64,000 bases of DNA, taken from Desulfomonilia bacterium. Its GTDB lineage: Bacteria; Desulfobacterota; Desulfomonilia; UBA1062. The position numbers were made by a program, and so were the translations under genes. A model generated the notes under the pieces. The model searched no databases. It was not told the origin of the DNA and saw only the letters and a program-made list of their open reading frames with translations. Where the stretch lies: NCBI GenBank assembly GCA_963664325.2, contig CAXXDQ010000004.1:352001-416000 (forward strand). The letters are read 5' to 3'. The first letter of the stretch is position 1. The number at the start of each line of letters is the position of its first letter. Below, in pieces: positions 18,636 to 27,341 of this stretch.

Positions 18636-19358
18636 ATGAAAGCAGAACTTGTCATTGCTCGACTAAAAGCCCGGGCCAATCCGGCCAATGCGGCAGGCAT
18701 GGCACGCTACGGGATAAACCCCGAAGGTGTTCTTCTTGGCGTTTCAATGCCGGAGCTCAGGACAATGGCAAAGGAGATAGGAATCGATCACGAACTTGCC
18801 CTGGCCCTGTGGGACTGTGGAATTCATGAAGCAAGAATCCTGGCCTCGCTTGTTGACGATTACAGGGAAGTGACATTAAAACAGATGGAAAGATGGGCCT
18901 TGAATTTCAATTCCTGGGACCTATGCGATCAGGTCTGTTCGAATCTTTTTCAGAAAACGCCTTTTGCAGTTCAAAAAGCCCTGGACTGGAGCAAAAGGGA
19001 AGAGGTCTTTGTCAAACGGGCAGGTTTTGTCCTTATGGCCAGGATTGCAGTGGCGGACAAAAAGGCGACTGATGAACTGTTCGAACAATTTTATCCAGCC
19101 ATAATCAGTGAATCAGGCGATGACAGGCCGATGGTCAGAAAGGCGGTCAACTGGGCTATCCGCCAGATAGGAAAACGCAATCTGGATCTTAACAGCAGGG
19201 CTGTCGAGGTTTCTCATAAGATACGCTTATCGGGTACAAGAGCCGGCAGATGGATAGCCGCCGATGCCTTGCGTGAACTCACGAGCACCGGCGTTCAAGA
19301 CAGGCTGGTTAAAAAGTCCAAAGGTCTTACCGGTAATTGCCGGGCTTCAAACAGATAA
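18636..19358 (+). CDS. DNA alkylation repair protein, AlkD family
   Basis: GVSMPELR, HEARILA, FNSWDLCDQ, VRKAVNWAIRQIGKR. Confidence 0.88.
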   Translation: MKAELVIARLKARANPANAAGMARYGINPEGVLLGVSMPELRTMAKEIGIDHELALALWDCGIHEARILASLVDDYREVTLKQMERWALNFNSWDLCDQVCSNLFQKTPFAVQKALDWSKREEVFVKRAGFVLMARIAVADKKATDELFEQFYPAIISESGDDRPMVRKAVNWAIRQIGKRNLDLNSRAVEVSHKIRLSGTRAGRWIAADALRELTSTGVQDRLVKKSKGLTGNCRASNR

Positions 19359-19515
19359 TAACTTTTGGTTTCAGATTTCCGATATGCACCTCGCCGGCTG
19401 AGACACGGCCTTCTTTTTCCCGGCAGTTTGTGCAGGGGTGTTTGGTTAAGGATTGACATGCAAATCCCTTCCTCATATCGTTTTTATGAAACTCTGATCT
19501 CTATCAGGAGGGCTT

Positions 19516-21045
19516 ATGAAGAAGATCTCTAGAAGGGATTTTATTGCCTTGTCGGCAACAACAGTCGGGATGACGGTCGCAGGAGGAGCAGGGCAGGCCA
19601 TAGGGGAAACAGCACCAGCTGCACCGGTCATGGACGGAAGCCAGATCAAAGAGGGTCCGCGATCTATCCCTGTGATGGCGGAGTGCGATGTCCTGGTGGT
19701 CGGAAGCGGCCCGGCCGGCCTGTCTGCGGCGCTGGCTGCGGCCAAGGAAGGAGCCAGCATTGTAATTGTCGAACGTTACGGCTTTTTCGGCGGTGTTATT
19801 ACGCAGGTGAACATGGGCTCCATTGCCTGGTACCGGTATGCGCATACGGTTGACGCAGGCGGGATTATGAAGGTATTCGAAACCAGGGCCAAGGAAATGG
19901 GGGCGAGCATCGATCCATTCGCCTACCTGAAGAAGATACCGTTTGCAACAGGTGTCCTCGAGAAAGAAGGCCTGCTTGTCAATGGTGTTCCCACCTATGA
20001 GATCCTGGATACTGAGATGTTTAAATATGTAGCAGACACACTTCTGCTGGAAGCTGGTGTCGTCCCTGTCCTGCATTGTTTTGCCGTTGGCGCGGTTATG
20101 GATGGCAATGTCATCCAGGGAGTAATTACCGAGAGCAAGTCGGGCAGGCAGGCGATTCTGGCCAAGCGCGTCATCGACGCCACTGGCGATGCCGATATTG
20201 CCAATTTTGCCGGCGCACCTTTCCGCAAGAGTCCGAAAAACGAGCTTATGGAAGTCACCACGAATTTCAGCTGTACCAATGTCAATCTGCGTTCATTAAT
20301 GATAGATTCCCTTTTGCATACCGGCAAAATGAAGGACTGGGCTTATGAGACCTCGGGAAAGGAAGACGAAATGGCCAGCACTGCCCTGGTTAAGCCTTTT
20401 GAAGAAGCCAAGAAGGCCGGTGAAATCCCTAAAGACTGGGACGTGCGATCCTATTGGAATGGCATGCGGCCGGACGAGGAAATCCTGTCAATGGACGCCG
20501 TGCACATGACCGGTATAGATTCAACCGATGTGTGGGACCTGACCAGGGCGGAAATGGAGGGCCGGAAGCGGTCCATCAAGGTTATGGCGGCCTTGAAAAA
20601 ATATCAGCCCGGATTCTCCAAGGCCCGGATCAGGAACTTCGGAACATCGCTCGGAACCAGGGAGTCGCGTAAGATCATAGGGGCCTGCACCATCACTGAA
20701 CACGATATAAAAAACCAGGCGCGTTTCGCCGATTCCATTGGTGTCTGCCCGGAATTCATCGATGGGTTCAACGTCCTGTACATACCTACCACCGGAAGGT
20801 ATTTCCAGGTGCCTTACGGCATTATCCTGCCGCAGGGGGTCGAGAATCTGCTGGTTGCCGGCCGGTGCGTCGCCGGGGACAGGGTCTCACATGCCGCTAC
20901 GCGCCAGATGGTCTGCTGCATGGTCACAGGACAGGGGGCGGGTGTGGCTGCGGCTGTATCCCTCAGAGACAAGGTGACCTGCAGACAGGTCTCCATTGCT
21001 GAAGTCCAGGACCGCCTCAAGAAGCAGAACGTAAGGATAGCTTAA
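19516..21045 (+). CDS. Tat-exported FAD-dependent oxidoreductase
   Basis: SRRDFI Tat motif; VVGSGPAG; IDATGDAD; RESRKI; NLLVAGRC. Confidence 0.85.
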   Translation: MKKISRRDFIALSATTVGMTVAGGAGQAIGETAPAAPVMDGSQIKEGPRSIPVMAECDVLVVGSGPAGLSAALAAAKEGASIVIVERYGFFGGVITQVNMGSIAWYRYAHTVDAGGIMKVFETRAKEMGASIDPFAYLKKIPFATGVLEKEGLLVNGVPTYEILDTEMFKYVADTLLLEAGVVPVLHCFAVGAVMDGNVIQGVITESKSGRQAILAKRVIDATGDADIANFAGAPFRKSPKNELMEVTTNFSCTNVNLRSLMIDSLLHTGKMKDWAYETSGKEDEMASTALVKPFEEAKKAGEIPKDWDVRSYWNGMRPDEEILSMDAVHMTGIDSTDVWDLTRAEMEGRKRSIKVMAALKKYQPGFSKARIRNFGTSLGTRESRKIIGACTITEHDIKNQARFADSIGVCPEFIDGFNVLYIPTTGRYFQVPYGIILPQGVENLLVAGRCVAGDRVSHAATRQMVCCMVTGQGAGVAAAVSLRDKVTCRQVSIAEVQDRLKKQNVRIA

Positions 21046-21157
21046 TAGTAAAATATTAAGGTTCAAGTAGTAAAAAAAAGGCAATAGTCAAAAGCGCTTA
21101 ATGGATCGGTTATACATTTGCAATACCAGATTGCAGCCAACAAACAGAGCATATATT

Positions 21158-21862
21158 CTAAAACTTGAAGTTGTCTTTGACTTTATTCAATTCCTGCCTG
21201 GCATATTCAAGGGGAATAAGATAACTTATCCAGTTTCGCAATATCAGAACATCAATCGAAACCGCCATTACAGTACCGCCCACAACATCCCACAGAACAT
21301 GCTGCTTGGTGAGCAGGGTTGATAAAACTGTAAGAACCGCAATAACAACACAGCCCCAGCCAAGAAAACGGCTTTCCCTGAAAACACAAAAAGTGGCCAG
21401 CAGCGTCAAGCCAACATGCATGCTGGGAAAACCGCACACTGGATTATCAATCCAGTCGAGCTGGGAAAAAGCCCATCCGGTGAAGCCGGCCGGAATGTCA
21501 TATGATCTCGGGACACTTACAGGGAAAAGGACAAATATGGTTGCCGAGGTTATTATCAACAGCGCACAGCCGACAACCGTTCTGAAATAAAGCGTCCGGT
21601 TTTCACATATAAGCGACGGAAGCATGGAGAATACATAAATAAAGGAATAGGGATAAATAAAATAGGGCATGAATGGAAGTGCCCTGTCAACCGGTGTGGA
21701 TATATCGTGACAGGTCCTCATATCAATATAACGGTTGGCTGCCAGATAAGCAATGCAAAACAGCAGATACATCGATACCGTACAAACAAGCCTTTCCTTA
21801 ATGCTTATGCCTGTCTGCAGATGATCAATAAATTTATTGAATCTGCTCAACAATGCATTCAC
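21158..21862 (-). CDS. PAP2-superfamily membrane phosphatase/phosphotransferase
   Basis: About 6 TM segments, FPV.VPR, FPSMHV, QHVLWDVVGG. Confidence 0.83.
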   Translation of the reverse strand: MNALLSRFNKFIDHLQTGISIKERLVCTVSMYLLFCIAYLAANRYIDMRTCHDISTPVDRALPFMPYFIYPYSFIYVFSMLPSLICENRTLYFRTVVGCALLIITSATIFVLFPVSVPRSYDIPAGFTGWAFSQLDWIDNPVCGFPSMHVGLTLLATFCVFRESRFLGWGCVVIAVLTVLSTLLTKQHVLWDVVGGTVMAVSIDVLILRNWISYLIPLEYARQELNKVKDNFKF

Positions 21863-22022
21863 TTAAGTTCCTCCAAATAAAATGTAATTAAATTAATACG
21901 TAATAGTATCCAAAATTCGGGTGTTGTTGTCCAGAGGGAATTTTTTGGGCATTGTAGCCCTTGATGAAGATGGGCATTGAGTATACTTAATTATAATTAT
22001 TTAAATCCGGGGGAAATCACAA

Positions 22023-23285
22023 ATGGACAGAATCTTATTTCCGCAAAATTTTATGTGGGGCACGGCAGCATCTGCATATCAGACAGAAGGAGGAAATTTC
22101 AACAACGACTGGTATTTTATGGAAAAGCTGGACATGAGGAAACCGTTTTCGGAAAGGAAATTCAAGGAGCCCTGCGGTAATGCCTGTGATCACTGGAACC
22201 TATACGAAGAAGACTATGATCTTGCCCGAAAACTGGGGGTGATGATACACCGTCCATCCATAGAATGGTCAAGGGTGATACCGGCAGAGGGAAAAGTGGA
22301 TGAAACCGCCATAGCCCATTACAGGAAGATCCTTGAATCCTTGAAAACCCGTGGCATTAAAGTCATGCTCTGCCTGCATCATTTCACTATCCCCATATGG
22401 GTAATGGCTTACGGGGGATTTGAGAACCGCTCCGTTTTCATGAAGCATTTCAGGGAGTACCTAAATGTAATTGTAAGTTCGGTCGGCGACCTTGTCGATT
22501 ACTGGCTGCCGATCAACGAGCCGAATGTAGTGCCTCTGGGCGGTTATTTCGCAGGAGAGTTCCCGCCATATAAAAAAAATCCTGTCACTTTTATCAAGGT
22601 CTACCGGACATTTTTCGATATGCATGCACGCTCATACCATATAATTAAAAAATATTTCCCTGATGCCCCTGTAGGAGTTGCCTTCGCCTTCATGCATTTC
22701 AGACCCTTTAACCCTGATAGTAGAATAGACCGTATTGGCGCAAGATTTGCCGATCTTACGGCCAACCTGAGGTTTTTCGAGGGGGTCAAAACCGGAAAAA
22801 TCGGGCCGCCTCTGGGTTTTTGTGATGAAATTCAGGGGCTGAAAGGGGCAATGGATTTTATAGGGCTTAATTATTACAGTTCGAGTTATCAAAAAGGGTT
22901 AACAAACATCCAGTCTAAACCCGGGGATATGGTAACTGATATGGGTTGGGTAATTTATCCCGAAGGTATCTATGACTGTCTTCTTTATCTCGGGAATGAA
23001 GTCCGGTTGCCTGTGATAGTCACTGAAAACGGCATAGGAACAACTGATGAATCCCAGAGGATTTTCTGTATGAATGCACATATCAGGCAGGTTCACAGGG
23101 CAATAAAAAATGGTGTTCCTGTAAAAGGCTATATGTGCTGGTCGCTTACCGACAATTACGAATGGGACAAAGGCTATTCCATGAGATTCGGCCTGATCAA
23201 CATAGATTTCGCCACACAAAAACGTACAATTAAAGAGGGCGGTATATGGTATTCTAAGGTAATAGCAAGGAACGGACTTGAATAA
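22023..23285 (+). CDS. Glycoside hydrolase family 1 beta-glucosidase
   Basis: FMWGTAASAYQTEG, INEP (acid/base), VTENG (nucleophile), DNYEW. Confidence 0.93.
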   Translation: MDRILFPQNFMWGTAASAYQTEGGNFNNDWYFMEKLDMRKPFSERKFKEPCGNACDHWNLYEEDYDLARKLGVMIHRPSIEWSRVIPAEGKVDETAIAHYRKILESLKTRGIKVMLCLHHFTIPIWVMAYGGFENRSVFMKHFREYLNVIVSSVGDLVDYWLPINEPNVVPLGGYFAGEFPPYKKNPVTFIKVYRTFFDMHARSYHIIKKYFPDAPVGVAFAFMHFRPFNPDSRIDRIGARFADLTANLRFFEGVKTGKIGPPLGFCDEIQGLKGAMDFIGLNYYSSSYQKGLTNIQSKPGDMVTDMGWVIYPEGIYDCLLYLGNEVRLPVIVTENGIGTTDESQRIFCMNAHIRQVHRAIKNGVPVKGYMCWSLTDNYEWDKGYSMRFGLINIDFATQKRTIKEGGIWYSKVIARNGLE

Positions 23286-23346
23286 TTGAGAGGCCTTGAC
23301 AAAATTAATCTGCGGCACTACTCAAAGCTCACGAAAGGAGAGGCTC

Positions 23347-23541
23347 ATGCCCATCTATGAATACAGATGTAAAAAATGCAGTAATGATTTCGAGAAGCTA
23401 GTCTCGCTGAGCAATAAAGATAAGATTATATGCCCTAAATGTGGCGCTGAAGACGTGGCAAAGAAGATGTCCATGACCGCATCAGGAAAGTCCGGTTGCG
23501 GGACCTGCTCGTCTACCTCATGCGGTCCGTCCTGAGGATAA
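23347..23541 (+). CDS. FmdB-family zinc-ribbon protein, probable selenoprotein (TGA 23533-23535 read as Sec; stop TAA 23539-23541)
   Basis: MPIYEYRCKKC...CPKCG; tail CGTC-x4-CGPS-TGA-GGA-TAA followed by SECIS-like hairpin. Confidence 0.8.
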
Positions 23542-23546
23542 AACGG

Positions 23547-23565
23547 TCAGCGCGGTCAGCGCTGA
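23547..23565 (+). promoter_or_regulatory. Putative bacterial SECIS element
   Basis: TCAGCGC-GGTCA-GCGCTGA perfect 7-bp stem starting 11 nt after the TGA; loop begins with G. Confidence 0.65.
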
Positions 23566-23577
23566 ATGATAAAAAAT

Positions 23578-23607
23578 GAAGAGGGCCGGATTATCGGCCC
23601 TTTCTTT
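23578..23607. terminator. Bidirectional intrinsic terminator between the fmdB-like gene and purA
   Basis: AGGGCCG / CGGCCCT stem with T-rich tail on + and A-rich run upstream. Confidence 0.7.
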
Positions 23608-24884
23608 CAGATCAAATTCTCAACAATTATTGTTTGATCGCGCTTTGGCCCGGTTGATATTATTGCAGCCTTAACGCCCAGTTTTTTCTCGATATATACA
23701 ATGTATGCTTTGCAGTTTGCCGGAAGATCTTCAAATTTCTTGATGTCCGAAAGATTTTCTTCCCATCCAGGAAGTTCATCATACATTATTTCAATCTCAG
23801 GATAAAGCTCCAGGTCGGCAGGCATGCTTTCCATTACCGTGCCCCCTGATTTGTAGGCAGTGGCTACTTTTAAAGTATCGAGACCAGAGAGGACATCAAG
23901 CTTTGTTATTGCGATATGGCTTATGGAACTCAGGCGAATGGTATGCCTTAACGCTACAAGGTCAAGCCAGCCGCATCTTCTCGGCCTGCCGGTTGTTGCT
24001 CCGTATTCCCCGCCAAAGGCGCGCAGCCTTTCTCCCAGATCGTCCGTGAGCTCCGTCGGGAACGGTCCGCCGCCAACCCTTGTCGTATATGCCTTGCATA
24101 TACCAAGGACAGTACTTATCTTTGTGGGTCCGATACCTGAACCGGTACACGCGGCCCCTGCAATCGTATTTGAAGATGTGACATACGGATATGTACCGAA
24201 GTCCATGTCCAGATTGCCTCCTTGCGCACCTTCAAACAAAAGACTTTTGCCTGCCCTGACCGCATTATCAATCAGGATTGACGCGTCGGCAACAAACGGT
24301 TTCAGCCGTTCTCCCAATATTGTATGCTTCTCGATTATCTCGTTTTTGTCCGGGGCTTTTGCTTTAAGAATTTTCGTTATATATTCCTGGCGTTCTTCCC
24401 AGAAGCTATCGATTTTATTCTTTAAGAGTTCGGGGTGGATAAGATCAATCACCCGTATACCGGTTCTTCGGGCCTTGTCTTCATAGGCAGGCCCGATCCC
24501 CCTGCCCGTCGTACCAATACGGGCTGCATCCCGGGCATGGTCTATAACCTTATGATAGGGCATGATAACATGCGCACGGTCGCTGATTGCTACTGTATCT
24601 GGTGTAACCGTATGCCCTTTTAACCTCAGTGCCTCTATTTCACCAAGAAGGATTTCGGGGTCCAGTACGACACCGGAACCGATTATACATAGCTTGCCTT
24701 TATGAAGTATGCCTGAAGGTACAAGGTGGAGTACGACCTTGTTGTCACCTATTACCAAGGTATGACCTGCATTGTTTCCGCCCTGGAATCGTATGATGAG
24801 GTCGGCCTTTTCCGTAAGGAGATCAACGACCTTTCCCTTGCCCTCATCTCCCCACTGAGCACCGACAACTACTAAGTTTGCCAT
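23607..24884 (-). CDS. purA: Adenylosuccinate synthetase
   Basis: GAQWGDEGKGK, QGGNNAGHT, TTGRPRRCGWLD. Confidence 0.98.
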   Translation of the reverse strand: MANLVVVGAQWGDEGKGKVVDLLTEKADLIIRFQGGNNAGHTLVIGDNKVVLHLVPSGILHKGKLCIIGSGVVLDPEILLGEIEALRLKGHTVTPDTVAISDRAHVIMPYHKVIDHARDAARIGTTGRGIGPAYEDKARRTGIRVIDLIHPELLKNKIDSFWEERQEYITKILKAKAPDKNEIIEKHTILGERLKPFVADASILIDNAVRAGKSLLFEGAQGGNLDMDFGTYPYVTSSNTIAGAACTGSGIGPTKISTVLGICKAYTTRVGGGPFPTELTDDLGERLRAFGGEYGATTGRPRRCGWLDLVALRHTIRLSSISHIAITKLDVLSGLDTLKVATAYKSGGTVMESMPADLELYPEIEIMYDELPGWEENLSDIKKFEDLPANCKAYIVYIEKKLGVKAAIISTGPKRDQTIIVENLI

Positions 24885-24898
24885 GTTATATTCTCCTG

Positions 24899-26473
24899 TC
24901 AGATTGTAACCTTCTGAACCGATAGGGTATTTGAAACCTTCCTGATCTTTTCAGCCAACGTCTCCGAAACTTCTGCATCCAGATTGATAATTAATATTGC
25001 GGTACCTTTCTTTTTATCCCTGCCAAGGAAAAGCCGTGCAATATTGATCTTTTCCTCTCCCAGTGTGGTGGCAATCCTTCCTACTGTCCCGGGCAGATCT
25101 TTATTGTAGATTACAAGCATATTTCCTTCCGGTGTGACCTCAATAGGATAATTATCAATCTTTACTATTCTCAGATCGTCAGTTGTAAAGACGGCACCTG
25201 CCAGGTAACGTTTACCTGTATCAAGCTGAACCACAAGTTCAATGGTATTTGTGAATATTTCTTCCTTTTCTGTTTTCGATTCCACAACTTCTATGCCTCT
25301 GTCTTTGGCAATAACCGGGGCGTTAATAAAGTTGACGTCATCCATTATGGCTGCAAACAACCCTTTGAGCATCGCAATTGTTACCGGTTTTGTCTCGATG
25401 ACGGAGGCAGCCCCGCAGTAATTGACCGTGACCTTGTGTATCCGGCCTGAAATGAGCTGGCCCATGAAAAGTCCCATTTTTTCTGCAAGCTCAATATAAG
25501 GCTTTACCTTGGGAAGCATTTCCGGGCCGACCGACGGCGCATTGACCGCATTCCTGATTACACCGTTGTTTAGATAATCGGAAATCTGCTCGGCAATGGC
25601 AATAGCAACGTTTTCTTGCGCCTCTTCCGTGGAGGCACCTAAATGCGGCGTGCATATTACCTTCGGGTGAAGAGCAAGGGACCAGTCTTCAGGCGGCTCT
25701 TTTTCGAATACATCAACAGCTGCTCCTGCTATCCTTCCTGAATCGAGCGCTTCAATAAGCGCCTTTTCATCAACAATACCACCTCTTGCACAATTAATAA
25801 GCATGACGCCCTTTTTCATTTTGGCAAAGGCTTCTTTTCCTACAAGTCCAGTCGTTTCCTTTGATTTCGGAGTATGAACCGAAATATAATCACTTTTTGA
25901 ATATAATGTATCAAGAGAAACAAGCTCAATTCCAAGGTTGTCTGCCGCTTCCTTCGATATGAACGGGTCGTAGGCGATGACATTCATTTTCAGCCCCTGA
26001 GCCCTTGTCGCAACAATTGTTCCAACCCTGCCTATTCCGATTATCCCCAGGGTTTTGTTAAAAACCTCGCGGCCTTCAAAACTCTTTTTGTCCCATTTTT
26101 GCGCTTTCATAGATGCAGTTGCCTGGGGTATAAATCTGGTAAGAGACATGAGCATGGCAATCGCATGCTCACCTGTCGTCACAGTATTACCGCCCGGAGT
26201 GTTCATGACAACAATACCCTGTTTGCTTGCAGCCTCTGTATCAATGTTGTCAACACCTGCCCCTGCGCGGCCGATTACCTTGAGTTTTTTGCCGGTTGCA
26301 ATTATATCCGCTGTCGCCTTAGTTGCTGACCGGACAACAAGTCCGTCATAGTCACCGATAATTTCTTTGAGTTCATCCGGTTTAAGGCCGGTCTTTACAT
26401 CAACCTTAAGCCCGCTCTGTTTAAGAATTTCTTCTCCTCGCGTGGAAAGTTTATCACTTACCAGGATTTTCAT
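24899..26473 (-). CDS. serA: D-3-phosphoglycerate dehydrogenase with ASB/ACT domains
   Basis: GRAGAGVDNID, GIGRVG, TPHLGAST; start ATG 26473. Confidence 0.96.
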   Translation of the reverse strand: MKILVSDKLSTRGEEILKQSGLKVDVKTGLKPDELKEIIGDYDGLVVRSATKATADIIATGKKLKVIGRAGAGVDNIDTEAASKQGIVVMNTPGGNTVTTGEHAIAMLMSLTRFIPQATASMKAQKWDKKSFEGREVFNKTLGIIGIGRVGTIVATRAQGLKMNVIAYDPFISKEAADNLGIELVSLDTLYSKSDYISVHTPKSKETTGLVGKEAFAKMKKGVMLINCARGGIVDEKALIEALDSGRIAGAAVDVFEKEPPEDWSLALHPKVICTPHLGASTEEAQENVAIAIAEQISDYLNNGVIRNAVNAPSVGPEMLPKVKPYIELAEKMGLFMGQLISGRIHKVTVNYCGAASVIETKPVTIAMLKGLFAAIMDDVNFINAPVIAKDRGIEVVESKTEKEEIFTNTIELVVQLDTGKRYLAGAVFTTDDLRIVKIDNYPIEVTPEGNMLVIYNKDLPGTVGRIATTLGEEKINIARLFLGRDKKKGTAILIINLDAEVSETLAEKIRKVSNTLSVQKVTI

Positions 26474-26632
26474 ATGGCACCCCCCTATGAAATTATAGAA
26501 AACCGTGGCACTTTTAACAAATGGGCTTGTGCGTGTCAACAATATAGAATTGTAAATTATATCTCTATATTATGCTTTTTCAGCCTCCCTAGTCGACCTG
26601 TTTTCTGTTAATATTGTTTAAAGAGTATAAAG

Positions 26633-26842
26633 ATGATGATTACAGAAAATGGCCGGATTTGCGAAAAGTGCGGGCTTCATAAAGCCCTTGTTTTATGTGA
26701 CGGTTGTTCGAAGGCCTTGTGTGAGAAATGCCGAATATTCGACCTGTGGAGCTACGGATGCGGCCACATCGACCCAAAGGCGTTCTGCAAGGAATGTCAT
26801 GACAATCCTGAAAAAAATCCCTGGGGAGGAAACCGCCCCTGA
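26633..26842 (+). CDS. Small Cys-rich zinc-finger protein
   Basis: 69 aa with CEKC, CDGC, CEKC, CGH, CKEC. Confidence 0.7.
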   Translation: MMITENGRICEKCGLHKALVLCDGCSKALCEKCRIFDLWSYGCGHIDPKAFCKECHDNPEKNPWGGNRP

Positions 26843-26860
26843 TAATAAATTTAAGGCAAG

Positions 26861-26888
26861 CTTGACATATCCCGATGTATCCCTATTA
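26861..26888 (+). promoter_or_regulatory. Putative heat-shock (sigma32-like) or sigma70 promoter of hsp20-lon
   Basis: CTTGAC-N14-CCCTATTA upstream of hsp20. Confidence 0.45.
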
Positions 26889-26919
26889 AGAACCATATAA
26901 TAATTATGCGGAGATAAAT

Positions 26920-27321
26920 ATGATAAACTTGAAATTCCAGGAGATAATGGGTTTTTTGCTCGGACCGGAAATGGGAGAAGAGCGGCTGGGAATATGTTAT
27001 CCATCAATCGATGTTTACGAATGTTCGGATGATTTACTTATAGAGATGGAAATTCCCGGAGTGATACAGGAAGATGTAAATGTCGAAATAATAGGGAATA
27101 CGTTAAGGATAAGCGGCATGAAGAAAGACCCTCTTTCGAGCGGCGGTGTGAGATATATAAGGATGGAAAGAAGTTTCGGCGGCTTCAGCCGGGAGCTGGA
27201 AATTCCGGAAAGGTTTGACATTGAAAATATTGACGCTAAATTTAAGGATGGTGTTCTGACCGTAAGGATCGCCCGGTCGGAACATAAGGTAGAGATGGTT
27301 AAACGTATAGAGGTAAAATAG
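26920..27321 (+). CDS. Hsp20/alpha-crystallin small heat-shock protein
   Basis: [26 protein letters not shown]. Confidence 0.92.
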   Translation: MINLKFQEIMGFLLGPEMGEERLGICYPSIDVYECSDDLLIEMEIPGVIQEDVNVEIIGNTLRISGMKKDPLSSGGVRYIRMERSFGGFSRELEIPERFDIENIDAKFKDGVLTVRIARSEHKVEMVKRIEVK

Positions 27322-27341
27322 AATTTTTTCAGGAGAGACGA

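Noticed and set aside
23860-24486. 208-aa ORF antisense to purA, and similar shadow ORFs such as 27015-27770 and 17501-18010
   Set aside because: They overlap well-conserved genes on the opposite strand and show no motifs; typical antisense shadows
26840-26848. TGA ending the Cys-rich microprotein as possible Sec
   Set aside because: Followed directly by TAA TAA, not in a Cys-like context and no SECIS-like hairpin
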